The notes beneath the pieces were generated by a model, which searched no databases, was not told the DNA's origin, and was given only the letters and a program-made list of their open reading frames with translations. A stretch of DNA of 64,000 nucleotides, taken from NCBI GenBank assembly GCA_043775925.1, contig JAYVRW010000226.1, positions 52 through 64,051 on the forward strand. Reading direction: 5' to 3'. The DNA is from Blastocatellia bacterium. Lineage in GTDB: Bacteria; Acidobacteriota; Blastocatellia; RBC074. Shown in pieces: positions 30,697-40,345 of this stretch. A program made the position numbers and the translations under genes. Numbering within the stretch: the stretch's first letter is position 1; every line of letters begins with the position of its first letter.

Positions 30697-31101
30697 ATGA
30701 AAGCAGTGAAATACGTGGTTTGTTGCATACTTTGCAGCGGATTGTTGTCAGCGGCTTGGGCACAGACAAGGTCCAAGAGCGTGCCTAATCTGAACAAGCC
30801 CACAACGAATAAGGCTGGGGCGCTGAAGCGTAGCGCCTCCGCCGGTGACGTCAGTAAGGGAGGGCCAGTGAATCTCAGGTCAGGACCTGGATATAAGAGA
30901 GGACCTGCGGCACCGCACGTACAAAGTAACAGTGGTGTCGTGAAACCAACTACTACCCCTGTCACAGTCTGGTCCGAGGTGCGAAATAGAAAGGATTCGG
31001 CACATCCGAGCGTAGCGGCTTCTGCGAGGAAGATTGCGAATGGTGCGCACGCCAAAGCAACCGAACAAAAAACACTATTCCTAAAGCGACAACCGAAGTA
31101 G
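30697..31101 (+). CDS. Small secreted basic protein
   Basis: Signal peptide MKAVKYVVCCILCSGLLSAAWA. Low complexity. Confidence 0.4.
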   Translation: MKAVKYVVCCILCSGLLSAAWAQTRSKSVPNLNKPTTNKAGALKRSASAGDVSKGGPVNLRSGPGYKRGPAAPHVQSNSGVVKPTTTPVTVWSEVRNRKDSAHPSVAASARKIANGAHAKATEQKTLFLKRQPK

Positions 31102-31235
31102 CTGTGATCAAGTTGGTTGGCTCAATTGAGCGATTGAACCGGAAACCAGCTATATACATTCTTGCTCCAAAAATCTTAAGTCAGCAGCGCCAAAGATCGG
31201 CACTGCCGACCCATCCCTGAATGCAAAGGAAAAAT

Positions 31236-32039
31236 ATGAAAACATTGATTTTATTTCTGACTATTGTTGTTTTGTTCAGTCTCACCGTCGCGAGTTGGGC
31301 CGTGAATCCACCCCCATCAGGTAAGTGGGAGGCGGACAGCCCAAGCAGCGGCCTGACCAACGTTGAGAGTGTGCACCCCACCTCCATACACTTGTTCTTG
31401 CTGGATGGTGCTGCTTGTGGCGGAGTCAAAGGCGCTCCCAAAACACCTTCTACGTCTCCGGCTCGTTCAAGGACAAATTCTAAAGGTAAGATAAATTACG
31501 ACTCCTTGCCAGGAAAACCGACTACGAATCACGCAGCCCCCAATAAAACGTCACCGGAAGCCTTCAAAAATATTACGGCTGATTCGCCAGCGAATAGTGG
31601 TGGTGGTAGCAGCACGACATCCTCAACGACTACGACCACGTCCCAAACTCATCAACAGCTTCCAAGGCACGCTCCTATTCGGGTGACGAAGAATAGTGCT
31701 CCGCAGGCTCTAGGGACAACCACAAGTGGCGGCGGCAATAGCACGATGTCCAACACCAACACACCGTCCCCCAAACGAGGCAACACCGAATCGTCTACTT
31801 TCAGTTCGTCCAGCACGACGTCTTCCACAACGTCAATCACACGTAATCGCATGGCGAGAGAGGAACGAATACAGCGTATTCCTGAGAAAAGGAAAGACTT
31901 AGAAAAAAAGGCCGACTCAATGGGCGGCACGGTAAACAAGATTGGGAACAACGCGAGTGTCATTCCAAAATCAACCTTGAAGGCGAGGAAAAAAGAATCT
32001 GCCGCCGAATTAAAGAATCAGCAGAAGGATAAGCAGTAG
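31236..32039 (+). CDS. Secreted Ser/Thr-rich low-complexity protein
   Basis: Signal peptide MKTLILFLTIVVLFSLTVASWA, then S/T-rich tracts and a basic C-terminus. Confidence 0.4.
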   Translation: MKTLILFLTIVVLFSLTVASWAVNPPPSGKWEADSPSSGLTNVESVHPTSIHLFLLDGAACGGVKGAPKTPSTSPARSRTNSKGKINYDSLPGKPTTNHAAPNKTSPEAFKNITADSPANSGGGSSTTSSTTTTTSQTHQQLPRHAPIRVTKNSAPQALGTTTSGGGNSTMSNTNTPSPKRGNTESSTFSSSSTTSSTTSITRNRMAREERIQRIPEKRKDLEKKADSMGGTVNKIGNNASVIPKSTLKARKKESAAELKNQQKDKQ

Positions 32040-32339
32040 CCTGAGAATCGCTCAGCGTGGTTGGGGTGGCATCGGACGATTGCTGCCTCAACCAAAACGA
32101 GAAGAGGATAAGAGTGTGGCTGAATACGAAAGGCACGGCGCGCCTGCAACGAAAATCAAAGCTGCGAGCAAAAAAGAGCTGCCAGTACCTGTAGGCGCGT
32201 CGTACCTTCTCGTAAGGAAAAAGCTGAAACCCCGTTGGAATATTCAGCCCTGACCGATACCAAAGAAGGCTATTGCACGGCAAGCTATCAGGCAGGGGCG
32301 TTATCCATGACCAGCGCGGGTCGGCAGGTAAAAAATCTT

Positions 32340-32999
32340 ATGAAGACAACAAGAACAATCCGACAGCGATGGATATTGTGCCTGCTGGCGGCGAGCCTGG
32401 TGCCGCTCCTGGCCGGACTCGGCACACGTGAGCAGGTGCGTGCGCAGGATTCACCCTGGTCCATTGAGTCCCTGTTAACAGGGCTGAAGCTAGCGAAAGG
32501 CGATAAAATGAGACTGGATGATCTCATCAATACCGTGCGATTGCGGGGGGTGGATTTTGTGCTAACCGAGGAGAAAAAAAAGCTCTTGACGGATGCTCAA
32601 GCCAGTCCCAAGCTGCTGGAAGAGATTGAGAAGAACTGTCGCGGGGCCGCTTGTAAACCAACACCTAAACGGATTAAATTCCCGATTGGGGCCACCCAAG
32701 TTGAAGTCACCGGAACTTTGAATGGTCGCAAAGATTCGCAAACTTATCTGCTGCGCTTGCGCGCTGGTCAAACTTTAAAAATAGTGAGCAACGCTCAAGG
32801 CGTTACTGAAGGTGTCCACGCCATTACCGTGGGTGTCACCTCGCCGCGAGGCGAAGATCTGAATGATCCCGGTATGGGGTGTAATGGCAACGCCGATATT
32901 TCGCCAACAGTGGCGGGAGATTACAAAATTGAGGTGTGGGAATGTAATAAAGTCGGACCTTGGAAGGGAACTTTTAAGATGAACGTGATCGTCAAGTAG
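32340..32999 (+). CDS. Secreted protein: shared N-terminal domain plus C-terminal PPC (pre-peptidase C-terminal)-like domain (paralog 1)
   Basis: Signal peptide, then QDSPWSIESLLTGL...RGVDFVLTEE...NCRGAAC module. C-terminal pattern YLLRLRAGQTLKI...DLN..G...AGDYKIEV...G.FKMNV is PPC-like. Confidence 0.5.
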   Translation: MKTTRTIRQRWILCLLAASLVPLLAGLGTREQVRAQDSPWSIESLLTGLKLAKGDKMRLDDLINTVRLRGVDFVLTEEKKKLLTDAQASPKLLEEIEKNCRGAACKPTPKRIKFPIGATQVEVTGTLNGRKDSQTYLLRLRAGQTLKIVSNAQGVTEGVHAITVGVTSPRGEDLNDPGMGCNGNADISPTVAGDYKIEVWECNKVGPWKGTFKMNVIVK

Positions 33000-33200
33000 T
33001 AAGTTATTGGTTTTGGCGGATAATGAAAAAAACGACAAGACCAGAAAGATTGCTGTTCAGGTATAGATGGCATGTGAGGTGTTGTCGCCAATGGTTAGCG
33101 AGAGGCTGAGGGCGTAAAAACCATCAAGGCTGGATCATCCTGAAGCTATATTACTATATCGCCGCCCGGATCCTGCGGAGATCACCCAAAAAGGAAGCGT

Positions 33201-33998
33201 ATGAAAAGCAGAAGAACAATGCAACCGCGATGGCTACGGGGCCTGCTGGCGGCGAGCCTGGCCCTGTTTCTGGTCGGACTCGGAGAGAGAGAGAGTGCGC
33301 GCGCGCAGGATTCGCCGTGGTCTATCGAGGCGCTGTTAACGGGACTGGAGAAGGCGAAAGGCAATGAAACATTCCTGAATACTATCGCCAAAACCGTGCA
33401 GGTGCGCGGTGTGGATTTTCGGTTAACACCCGAAAACGAACTGACATTGCGGCGTGCTGGAGCGAATGATGCGCTCATTGAGGCGATTCGCAGGAATTGT
33501 CGCGGCGCGGCTTGTACTCCAAAGTCTAAACCACTTATACCAACCCCCACGCCAAAACCGGTGACGCCTTTGGCCCAGGATCGTAGAGAAAATAGTGGGA
33601 AATTCTCCGCTGCTGACTTAGGTGATCGTGAGGTCGAACTGTTCTTTCTCTCTTTCAAGACGGCTATCGCCAAAGATGATAAGGAAAAGATCGCATCTAT
33701 GATTGCAGTTCCTATCAAAGTTAAATTGGTAACCGGACCATTAGTCACGTTAAAGAACAGGGCCGAATTTATCGCAGCATACGATATGGTATTTGATAAG
33801 GAGTTTAAGAAGGTTATTCTGCAAACCCAGGTGGAAGACCTTTGGGCTAATTCTAGAGGTGTAGCCATGCCGCGTGGCGAGATATGGATCACAGGCGTAC
33901 AGGAAGACAAAAGGGACTTAGAAAAAGTCCAAATCAAGATTTTTTCTATCAACAATATATTTTCTCGTTCTGTGCCCGCTAATCGCGGAAAGAGATAA
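33201..33998 (+). CDS. Secreted protein: shared N-terminal domain plus unknown C-terminal domain (paralog 2)
   Basis: Signal peptide, then QDSPWSIEALLTGLEKAKGNETFLNTIAKTVQVRGVDFRLTPE...NCRGAACTPK, then a PT-linker. Confidence 0.5.
   Translation: MKSRRTMQPRWLRGLLAASLALFLVGLGERESARAQDSPWSIEALLTGLEKAKGNETFLNTIAKTVQVRGVDFRLTPENELTLRRAGANDALIEAIRRNCRGAACTPKSKPLIPTPTPKPVTPLAQDRRENSGKFSAADLGDREVELFFLSFKTAIAKDDKEKIASMIAVPIKVKLVTGPLVTLKNRAEFIAAYDMVFDKEFKKVILQTQVEDLWANSRGVAMPRGEIWITGVQEDKRDLEKVQIKIFSINNIFSRSVPANRGKR
33306..33500 (+). repeat. About 200-bp segment about 90% identical to 34319-34515 (N-terminal module of paralogs 2 and 3)
   Basis: Read directly: gactggagaaggcgaaaggcaatgaaacattcctgaatactatcgccaaaaccgtgcaggtgcg appears in both copies. 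Confidence 0.7.
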
Positions 33999-34213
33999 CT
34001 GATTGCATTTCTACACAGTGCCTGAAACCCAATAGGAACGAGTGGGGGGATGAAGAACTTGGTAAGCTCGCGGTGAGCGCCAAAGGAAAACACTAGCTTA
34101 TCAGGAGACGAAGGGGGCCGGAGCATTTTAAGGTTATGTCTATCAAAGTAGCACCTTAGGAAGGCTGGCATTAGCCCGACCTTCGAAATGTAGCGGGGGA
34201 GCAGAGACAGTCT

Positions 34214-35857
34214 ATGAAGAACACTAGAACCATTCGCAAAAACTGGCTATTGATTACGTTGGTTGGGAGCCTGGCGCTGATCCTCGTAAGCCTGTGGGCG
34301 CGGGAGCCGACAAGGGCGCAGGATACGCCGTGGGCGATGGAGGCGCTGTTGACGGGACTGGAGAAGGCGAAAAGCAATGAAACATTCCTGAATACTATCG
34401 CCAAAACCGTGCAGGTGCGGGGCGTGGATTTTCTGCTCACGCCGGAGAAGGAACTGACATTGCGGCGCGCCGGGGCGAATGACATGCTCATTGGGGCGAT
34501 TGGCAAGAATTGTCGCGGCGAGGCTTGTACCCCGAAACCCACACCCAAACCAACTCCTACGCCAACACCCACACCCACCCCGACGTCAAGGGCGGGGAAG
34601 GAAATTGAAGTCTTTGCGGGCATTCGGATGATTGCGATCCCGCCGGGCCGCTTCCAGATGGGGTCCGACAGTACGGAAGACACCGCCAAGCCTGTGCATG
34701 AGGTAGAGATTACGCGCGAGTTTTATCTGGGGAAGTATGAGGTGACACAGGCACAATGGCGCGCCGTAGCAGCACTGCCAAAAGTAAATCTGGATTTGAA
34801 TCCTGACCCCGCGAAGTTCAAAGGCGACAATCTGCCGGTGGAGACGGTGTCGTGGGATGAGGCAAAGGAGTTTATCGCCAGGCTCAATGTGCGCCGGGAC
34901 GGCAATGTGTATCGCTTACCAACCGAAGCCGAATGGGAATATGCCGCGCGGGCAGGTAGCAGCGGAGACTTTGCGGGGAACCTGGACGAGGTAGCCTGGT
35001 ATGGCAACAACTCGGGGAAACAGCCGATAACTATTAACGAAATCATACAGTCAGATCGAGCCAATCTTGATAAGCGCCTGGAAGAGAATGGCAATCAGCC
35101 ACATCCGGTGGGGCGCAAGAAGGGCAACGCCTGGGGCTTGTATGACATGCTGGGGAATGTTGGGGAGTTTTGCGAGGATTACTATGACCCGGGATACTTC
35201 AGCCAATCGCCGCTGCGTGATCCGTCAGGGCCAGAGGTTGGAAGAGCACGGGTGGGACGAGGTAATAGCTGGAGGGGAAATCCAATTTTGGGCATACGTG
35301 GTTTTCCGAAAGTCGGCTGGTCAGCTCGCCTCGTCTTCACGCAAAGCAGTCGTTATGGTTTTCGCCTGGCGGCAAGCGTTGGCGGAAAGATGGTTAGCCA
35401 GGAACAAGCCAAACCGACACCACCTCAACCGTCGCCTGCCGTGACTATCGAAAAGGCTGTGACTGCTGTCTGGGAAGGGAGAAACCTGATGTACTCGAAC
35501 ATCTCACTGAACGATTCTGGCAATGTGATCAGAGTCGCTCCAGAGACCCAGATCAGAATCGCTTTCACATGGGAGATCAAGGTCGTGGGAAACAATGTTT
35601 ATTGCCCGGGCTGTATCGTCCAAGCTTATTTTGGTATAGGGCCTACGCCAGAAGGGTTTGCAAAATGCCTCTACTCTAGCTCGATCCCCCCTGGAACAAA
35701 CAAGAAAGGTGAGGGGCAGCATGTTTTCACTGCGCCGAAGACAAAAGGCACATATTTCATCACTAATGCCTTCAGCTTGGATTACGAGTGCAAACCAAAT
35801 ATCGCCGGACATGCTAATCAGCAGAGCGGTGCTATTGCCGCTATCATCGTGCAGTAA
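34214..35857 (+). CDS. Secreted protein: shared N-terminal domain plus FGE-sulfatase (formylglycine-generating-enzyme-like) domain (paralog 3)
   Basis: N-terminal module nearly identical at DNA level to paralog 2. PT-repeat linker. FGE-like IPPGRFQMGSD...TEAEWEYAARAG...GNVGEF. Confidence 0.65.
   Translation: MKNTRTIRKNWLLITLVGSLALILVSLWAREPTRAQDTPWAMEALLTGLEKAKSNETFLNTIAKTVQVRGVDFLLTPEKELTLRRAGANDMLIGAIGKNCRGEACTPKPTPKPTPTPTPTPTPTSRAGKEIEVFAGIRMIAIPPGRFQMGSDSTEDTAKPVHEVEITREFYLGKYEVTQAQWRAVAALPKVNLDLNPDPAKFKGDNLPVETVSWDEAKEFIARLNVRRDGNVYRLPTEAEWEYAARAGSSGDFAGNLDEVAWYGNNSGKQPITINEIIQSDRANLDKRLEENGNQPHPVGRKKGNAWGLYDMLGNVGEFCEDYYDPGYFSQSPLRDPSGPEVGRARVGRGNSWRGNPILGIRGFPKVGWSARLVFTQSSRYGFRLAASVGGKMVSQEQAKPTPPQPSPAVTIEKAVTAVWEGRNLMYSNISLNDSGNVIRVAPETQIRIAFTWEIKVVGNNVYCPGCIVQAYFGIGPTPEGFAKCLYSSSIPPGTNKKGEGQHVFTAPKTKGTYFITNAFSLDYECKPNIAGHANQQSGAIAAIIVQ
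34319..34515 (+). repeat. Second copy of the near-identical N-terminal module
   Basis: See the repeat at 33306-33500. Confidence 0.7.
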
Positions 35858-35907
35858 CTCTTCAGATAGTGGATCTGCCCGCAAAATCGCAAACAAAAGG
35901 AGACTAT

Positions 35908-37224
35908 ATGGCCGCAGATAAAGATGACCGAAGCGTAAGTAGACGAAAGGGAAGTAGTGAGACCGAAACTGCTGAAAAGGGTAGCAAGAAAACACAAGAG
36001 GCTGGCGCACAGACCCAGGCGGATTCCGTACTGGCCGCCGCCGCCTTCACGAAGGACCCAGCGCAAGAGTTAATTGACCAGATGAACAAAAGGCAGGAAG
36101 AGGTGGATCAGATGAAGGCGGGAAGTGCCGCAGATGCGAGCGCTCACGCCGCTAATCCGGTGGTACCTGATGATGCAGCGCATCATTCAACACATCCGGC
36201 ACACGATACTGCACAAGAGGCACACGATCACGCTATCGAAGAACCGCGCGAGCAGCTCCAGTCCGAAATCCGCGAGCAGGAACACGAGCGCCAGGAACTG
36301 GCCGCCAAAGCGGAAGTCTTACAACACCAGATCGAAGAACAGGAACACAAAACCGAGGAGCATCAACAGTCCGTCGTAGCGGTCGTCGCCGAGCTGGAAG
36401 AACTGGCCACCAAAGCCAGCGAAAAGGTGGCAACGATGCAGCAACTCGACGAGGACTTGCACCATAAGCTTGATGCCTTTACGGAGACGAGTGCGCAGCA
36501 GTTTGAAACGCTCGGACAGCATCTCACCGAAGCCACCACGCAGTTTGACGAACAGTGGGGGACGATCACCGAAGGGTTGGAAGCAGGCAAAACAGCGGCG
36601 CAGGAATTAGCCGAGCGAATTACCGCCGCACAGGAACAAGCCAAGACCGATTTCGCTGCCTTGACCGAGCAGCACGAGCAACTGAAGCAGGAATCGCAGG
36701 CTCGACGCGAGGCAGCGCGTCAGCAGTTCGAGGAAATCAAACAACGACTGACTGCGCTTACCGAGGCAGTGAAGCAGGAAAACGACATCGTACAGCAACA
36801 AGCGGAAACCTACCATCAAGCCGTCGAACAGGCCAAAGCCAATCTGCAACAACAAACGCAAACGGTGAACGCCAAGTCGGATGCATTCAGCGAGCAACTC
36901 AAAGGAAAGCTGCAAACGTTTCTTACCACGTTCGACCAAAAGGCGGGCGACGCCACTCGGAGGCTGGACGAATTAGAAGAGGCCATTGGCAAAGTAACAG
37001 ATGAACAACTCGCGCAGATGGGTGAGCAGTTCCGCGAAAACCTTGTGACACACTTGAAGGAACGCAGCGAGAACTATAAACACACGCTGGACGGACTGGG
37101 AGAACAAAGCCTTTCGGCTATGTCGGGAATCCGCGATTCGATTGCTAACTTAGCTAACGAATCGCAGGGAGCCGCCAGTAAATACCAACAGTCAGACGAT
37201 GAGTTGCGGTCACTCACAACGTAA
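35908..37224 (+). CDS. Acidic Gln/Glu-rich coiled-coil protein (paralog CC1) with a His-rich N-terminus
   Basis: ATG at 35908, 12-50 bp after the FGE gene. Predicted all-alpha with amphipathic heptads. No signal peptide. Confidence 0.5.
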   Translation: MAADKDDRSVSRRKGSSETETAEKGSKKTQEAGAQTQADSVLAAAAFTKDPAQELIDQMNKRQEEVDQMKAGSAADASAHAANPVVPDDAAHHSTHPAHDTAQEAHDHAIEEPREQLQSEIREQEHERQELAAKAEVLQHQIEEQEHKTEEHQQSVVAVVAELEELATKASEKVATMQQLDEDLHHKLDAFTETSAQQFETLGQHLTEATTQFDEQWGTITEGLEAGKTAAQELAERITAAQEQAKTDFAALTEQHEQLKQESQARREAARQQFEEIKQRLTALTEAVKQENDIVQQQAETYHQAVEQAKANLQQQTQTVNAKSDAFSEQLKGKLQTFLTTFDQKAGDATRRLDELEEAIGKVTDEQLAQMGEQFRENLVTHLKERSENYKHTLDGLGEQSLSAMSGIRDSIANLANESQGAASKYQQSDDELRSLTT

Positions 37225-37263
37225 GCCGCCAACCCAACCGATCCATACTAAGGAGTTAATGCG

Positions 37264-38421
37264 ATGCCACAAGAAGAACACGATACCACCACTGCCGCAG
37301 CGGCAACGACGCACGATCATAGCCAGCTTGAAACGTTGGAACACCGCCAAGAAGAAATTTCCGCCGCGATCACCGAACTGACGGAGGAAATCGCCACGCG
37401 CGAGGAACGCGCCCAGTTGCTCAACGACGACTTCGAGCAACTGGAGCAAGTGCTGGCGAGCCTCGCGGAATTCAAAGGTGGGTTAGGCGAACAGCTCAGC
37501 ACGCTGGAGCAGGGCGAAGCAAGTTGGACAGAAGCCTTTCAGCAGGCAGCCGAACAGATGGAAGCCTTTGGCACCACGCTCACCCAGCACGAGGAAACCT
37601 GGCAACAGGCCCACACCAGCCTGGGCGAAGGATTGACACAGTTCACTCAGCTCATTAGCGAACAGGTGAACCAGCAACTCACGGAGCAGTCGCCCAAAGT
37701 GGACGAATCCAGCCAAACGCTTCAGGAAACCAGCACACAGGAAAAGCAAAAACTCGAAGAGGCAGGCGGCGCGGAACAGCAAGGCCACGAGACCTTGCTC
37801 GCTACGGTAGTGGAATCGCTCGCCGTGGCTGAGGCTCAGCACAACGAGCGGCAAACGGTCGTCGTACAACTCAGCGAAGTGTTCACGGCGCTAGGCGGAA
37901 TGGTGACGCAAACGCAGGAAGCCATCGGGCAACAGTTAAGCCAGGCCGCAGAACATGTGGAGGGGACAGGACTAACCAGTCTGAGCGACGAAATGCAGGG
38001 GCTGGATGCGTTCGTCAATGAAGAGTTAACCGGGCGCATGGACGACACGCTGCAATTGTTGCAGACCGAAGTCACCAAGCTCATTAGCACATTTGGGCAG
38101 ACGGTTACTGATGTTGGAGAAAATATCAGGCATCGCACGGCTGACGCGCTCGACGGCGCGGCCAGTCATGGAGAAGACCACAGCAGCAATCTGAGTAGCA
38201 AAGTAGACAGCGTACATAGGAACGGGTTGGATCCCGCTTCGGATGAGGTGTCACGTCATCACGATGAAGCCTCCGCCATGGCCGACAGCACGGCTGGGAC
38301 CAAAGACTATATGCGAGAACAGCAGGAAAAGTCCGAGCGCGAAGCACGCGAGAAAGAAGAGCAGGAAGCGCGCGCAAACGAGGAGCGGGAATCGCCCGAG
38401 GATGAGAATGATGGCTGGTAG
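37264..38421 (+). CDS. Acidic Gln/Glu-rich coiled-coil protein (CC2)
   Basis: Same composition and organisation as CC1. Confidence 0.5.
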   Translation: MPQEEHDTTTAAAATTHDHSQLETLEHRQEEISAAITELTEEIATREERAQLLNDDFEQLEQVLASLAEFKGGLGEQLSTLEQGEASWTEAFQQAAEQMEAFGTTLTQHEETWQQAHTSLGEGLTQFTQLISEQVNQQLTEQSPKVDESSQTLQETSTQEKQKLEEAGGAEQQGHETLLATVVESLAVAEAQHNERQTVVVQLSEVFTALGGMVTQTQEAIGQQLSQAAEHVEGTGLTSLSDEMQGLDAFVNEELTGRMDDTLQLLQTEVTKLISTFGQTVTDVGENIRHRTADALDGAASHGEDHSSNLSSKVDSVHRNGLDPASDEVSRHHDEASAMADSTAGTKDYMREQQEKSEREAREKEEQEARANEERESPEDENDGW

Positions 38422-38469
38422 AGCAGCGCGCGACCATAGGCAAAATTGTAACACCCGAGGAAAAACAAT

Positions 38470-39348
38470 ATGAGTGAAGAACTAATCCCTGTGATCGAAC
38501 AGTTGAACGGCTATGCGACCGCACTCCCCGCAAAACTGACCGAGCTGAGCCAGCATTATGAAGAGTTGAACGGACACAGCCAACAGGTGCTGGCGTCGCT
38601 GACCACACAACAGGAACAGCTCAAGGAAAAGGTTGAAACCACGACCACGGCGCTCAACGGCTTCACGCAGCAAGCCCAGACACAACAGGAAACGTTGCAC
38701 ACAAAGCTGGAAACGTTAACGCAGACAGCCGCGCAATGGCAGGAAGGGCTGGCCCAGATTCAGCAGGGACTCGCCACCGATTTGCAGGAAACGCAAGCTG
38801 TGATGGCCGGGTTCGGCGGCAAGCTGGAGGACGGTCACAACCGCTATCAAGCCGCGCAACAGCAATTGGCCGAAGCCGTGCAGTCCACTTCCGCCCAAAT
38901 GGAAACTGATTTAGGGCGACTTCAGTCGGTGATGGAACAATTCAAAACCTACACGGACGAAAATCTGCAACAACTGGAAGAAATGCGAGGCGAGGTCGAG
39001 CGTGAGATCGCCGAATCCATTCAAGCCCTACAGGGAGTGCGCACCGAGAATCAGGCGCAGGCCGATACGACGTTGTCAAATCTTCAGGAACAGCCGCAAC
39101 AACTCGACCAAGCCCTGACGGACACTGCGGGTCAGGTCCAGGCAGAAGGCGATGAGTTGACAAAGGAACTGGAAACAGAGGTGAACGAGAATGTGAGGCC
39201 AGAGGTAGAGGCAGCGATGCAGGAAATTCAAGCTCGTTTGGATGACCTGGAAGCCAAGCTCCGCGACCATGCCGGAAACTCCGCAGAGATTCGCAATCAG
39301 ATTCGAGAAAACCGCCAGAAACTGGATAACCTGCGCAATCAACTGTAA
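38470..39348 (+). CDS. Acidic Gln/Glu-rich coiled-coil protein (CC3)
   Basis: 292 aa, apolipoprotein-like amphipathic helices. Confidence 0.5.
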   Translation: MSEELIPVIEQLNGYATALPAKLTELSQHYEELNGHSQQVLASLTTQQEQLKEKVETTTTALNGFTQQAQTQQETLHTKLETLTQTAAQWQEGLAQIQQGLATDLQETQAVMAGFGGKLEDGHNRYQAAQQQLAEAVQSTSAQMETDLGRLQSVMEQFKTYTDENLQQLEEMRGEVEREIAESIQALQGVRTENQAQADTTLSNLQEQPQQLDQALTDTAGQVQAEGDELTKELETEVNENVRPEVEAAMQEIQARLDDLEAKLRDHAGNSAEIRNQIRENRQKLDNLRNQL

Positions 39349-39417
39349 AACGCTGGCCTCGCCGCCGCAAAGAGGAACGTTGGTTAGGCTTACTAACTTT
39401 TAGGAAAGGAAACAACA

Positions 39418-40296
39418 ATGTCTACCGCAATGGAAACCTTATCCCCGATTGCTACCCGATTTGAAGAACTGTCTACCGGTATTGAGCAGCTTGAACCCAC
39501 GCTCACTGCGACCAAAGAGTGGCTGGGGCAGTGGCAGGAACAAACACCCGAACAACTCACCGCGTTATTGTCGCAATGCGATGAATGGCAGGAAAAACTC
39601 AGTGGTCATCAGGAAGAACTGGGGACAGCCACGGGCGCAATGGGCGCACAACTCGAACAAGTGGGCGAGCAACTGACCACGACGAAAACGGAATTGGAGC
39701 AGGAAGCGGGTAGCCTCAAGGAAGCCTTTGCCAGCCTGCGTGCCGAGTATGCGGACATTGATGCAGAGATGGCGACGCTATTTGATGAGGCAGAAAAGGC
39801 GTTTCAGGAAGCCACGCAGGAATTGGCCGAAAGTCAAAAGTCGCTGAGCGAAGCGGTGACCGAGGCCGAAGCGTTCCTGCAAAACGATGTACGCAACGCG
39901 TACGAACAAGCCCGCACCGAGGCGACGGCCCGCAGTGAGGCGCTGCGAACCGACCTCGTACAAGCGTTTGTCCCGGAGATCAAGAACCACAGCCAAAAAC
40001 TGATGGAACATCTACAACAGGTGACAGAGAAAGTGGAAACCCGCTTCCGCGCCGTGGCCGAAGAGGTGGAGAAAAGTGCGAAAGATTCGTCGCAGGCAGT
40101 GAAAGATGCCAATAAGGAAGCAATTGATAAAACCAAGGAAGGGGCAAAGGGGTTAGTGACTTGCAAAAATAATGAGGTTCTTCCTGGGGCCGACGAGGCC
40201 GATGAAGCAATGCTAAAATTGAATCGAGACCTGGAAATCGCGGCGTGTGTTTTGAATCCCATTTACGGAATTGGCCGCCTCGCCGGGTGGTGGTAG
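39418..40296 (+). CDS. Acidic Gln/Glu-rich coiled-coil protein (CC4)
   Basis: 292 aa, same family. Confidence 0.5.
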   Translation: MSTAMETLSPIATRFEELSTGIEQLEPTLTATKEWLGQWQEQTPEQLTALLSQCDEWQEKLSGHQEELGTATGAMGAQLEQVGEQLTTTKTELEQEAGSLKEAFASLRAEYADIDAEMATLFDEAEKAFQEATQELAESQKSLSEAVTEAEAFLQNDVRNAYEQARTEATARSEALRTDLVQAFVPEIKNHSQKLMEHLQQVTEKVETRFRAVAEEVEKSAKDSSQAVKDANKEAIDKTKEGAKGLVTCKNNEVLPGADEADEAMLKLNRDLEIAACVLNPIYGIGRLAGWW

Positions 40297-40345
40297 TTCC
40301 GCCAAGGTCGCCGCCGCCCCGCTGAAACAGGAGAGTAGAATTCCC

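Noticed and set aside
34540-34600. Short-period repeat (acaccc/acgcc units)
   Set aside because: It is the coding sequence of a Pro-Thr linker (PTPTPTPTPT), not a CRISPR or regulatory repeat. No CRISPR-like repeat-spacer arrays were seen in the window.
33182-34689. 329-aa and 172-aa - strand ORFs
   Set aside because: Antisense to the secreted paralog genes. Low-complexity translation (GVGVGVG... from the PT-linker complement).
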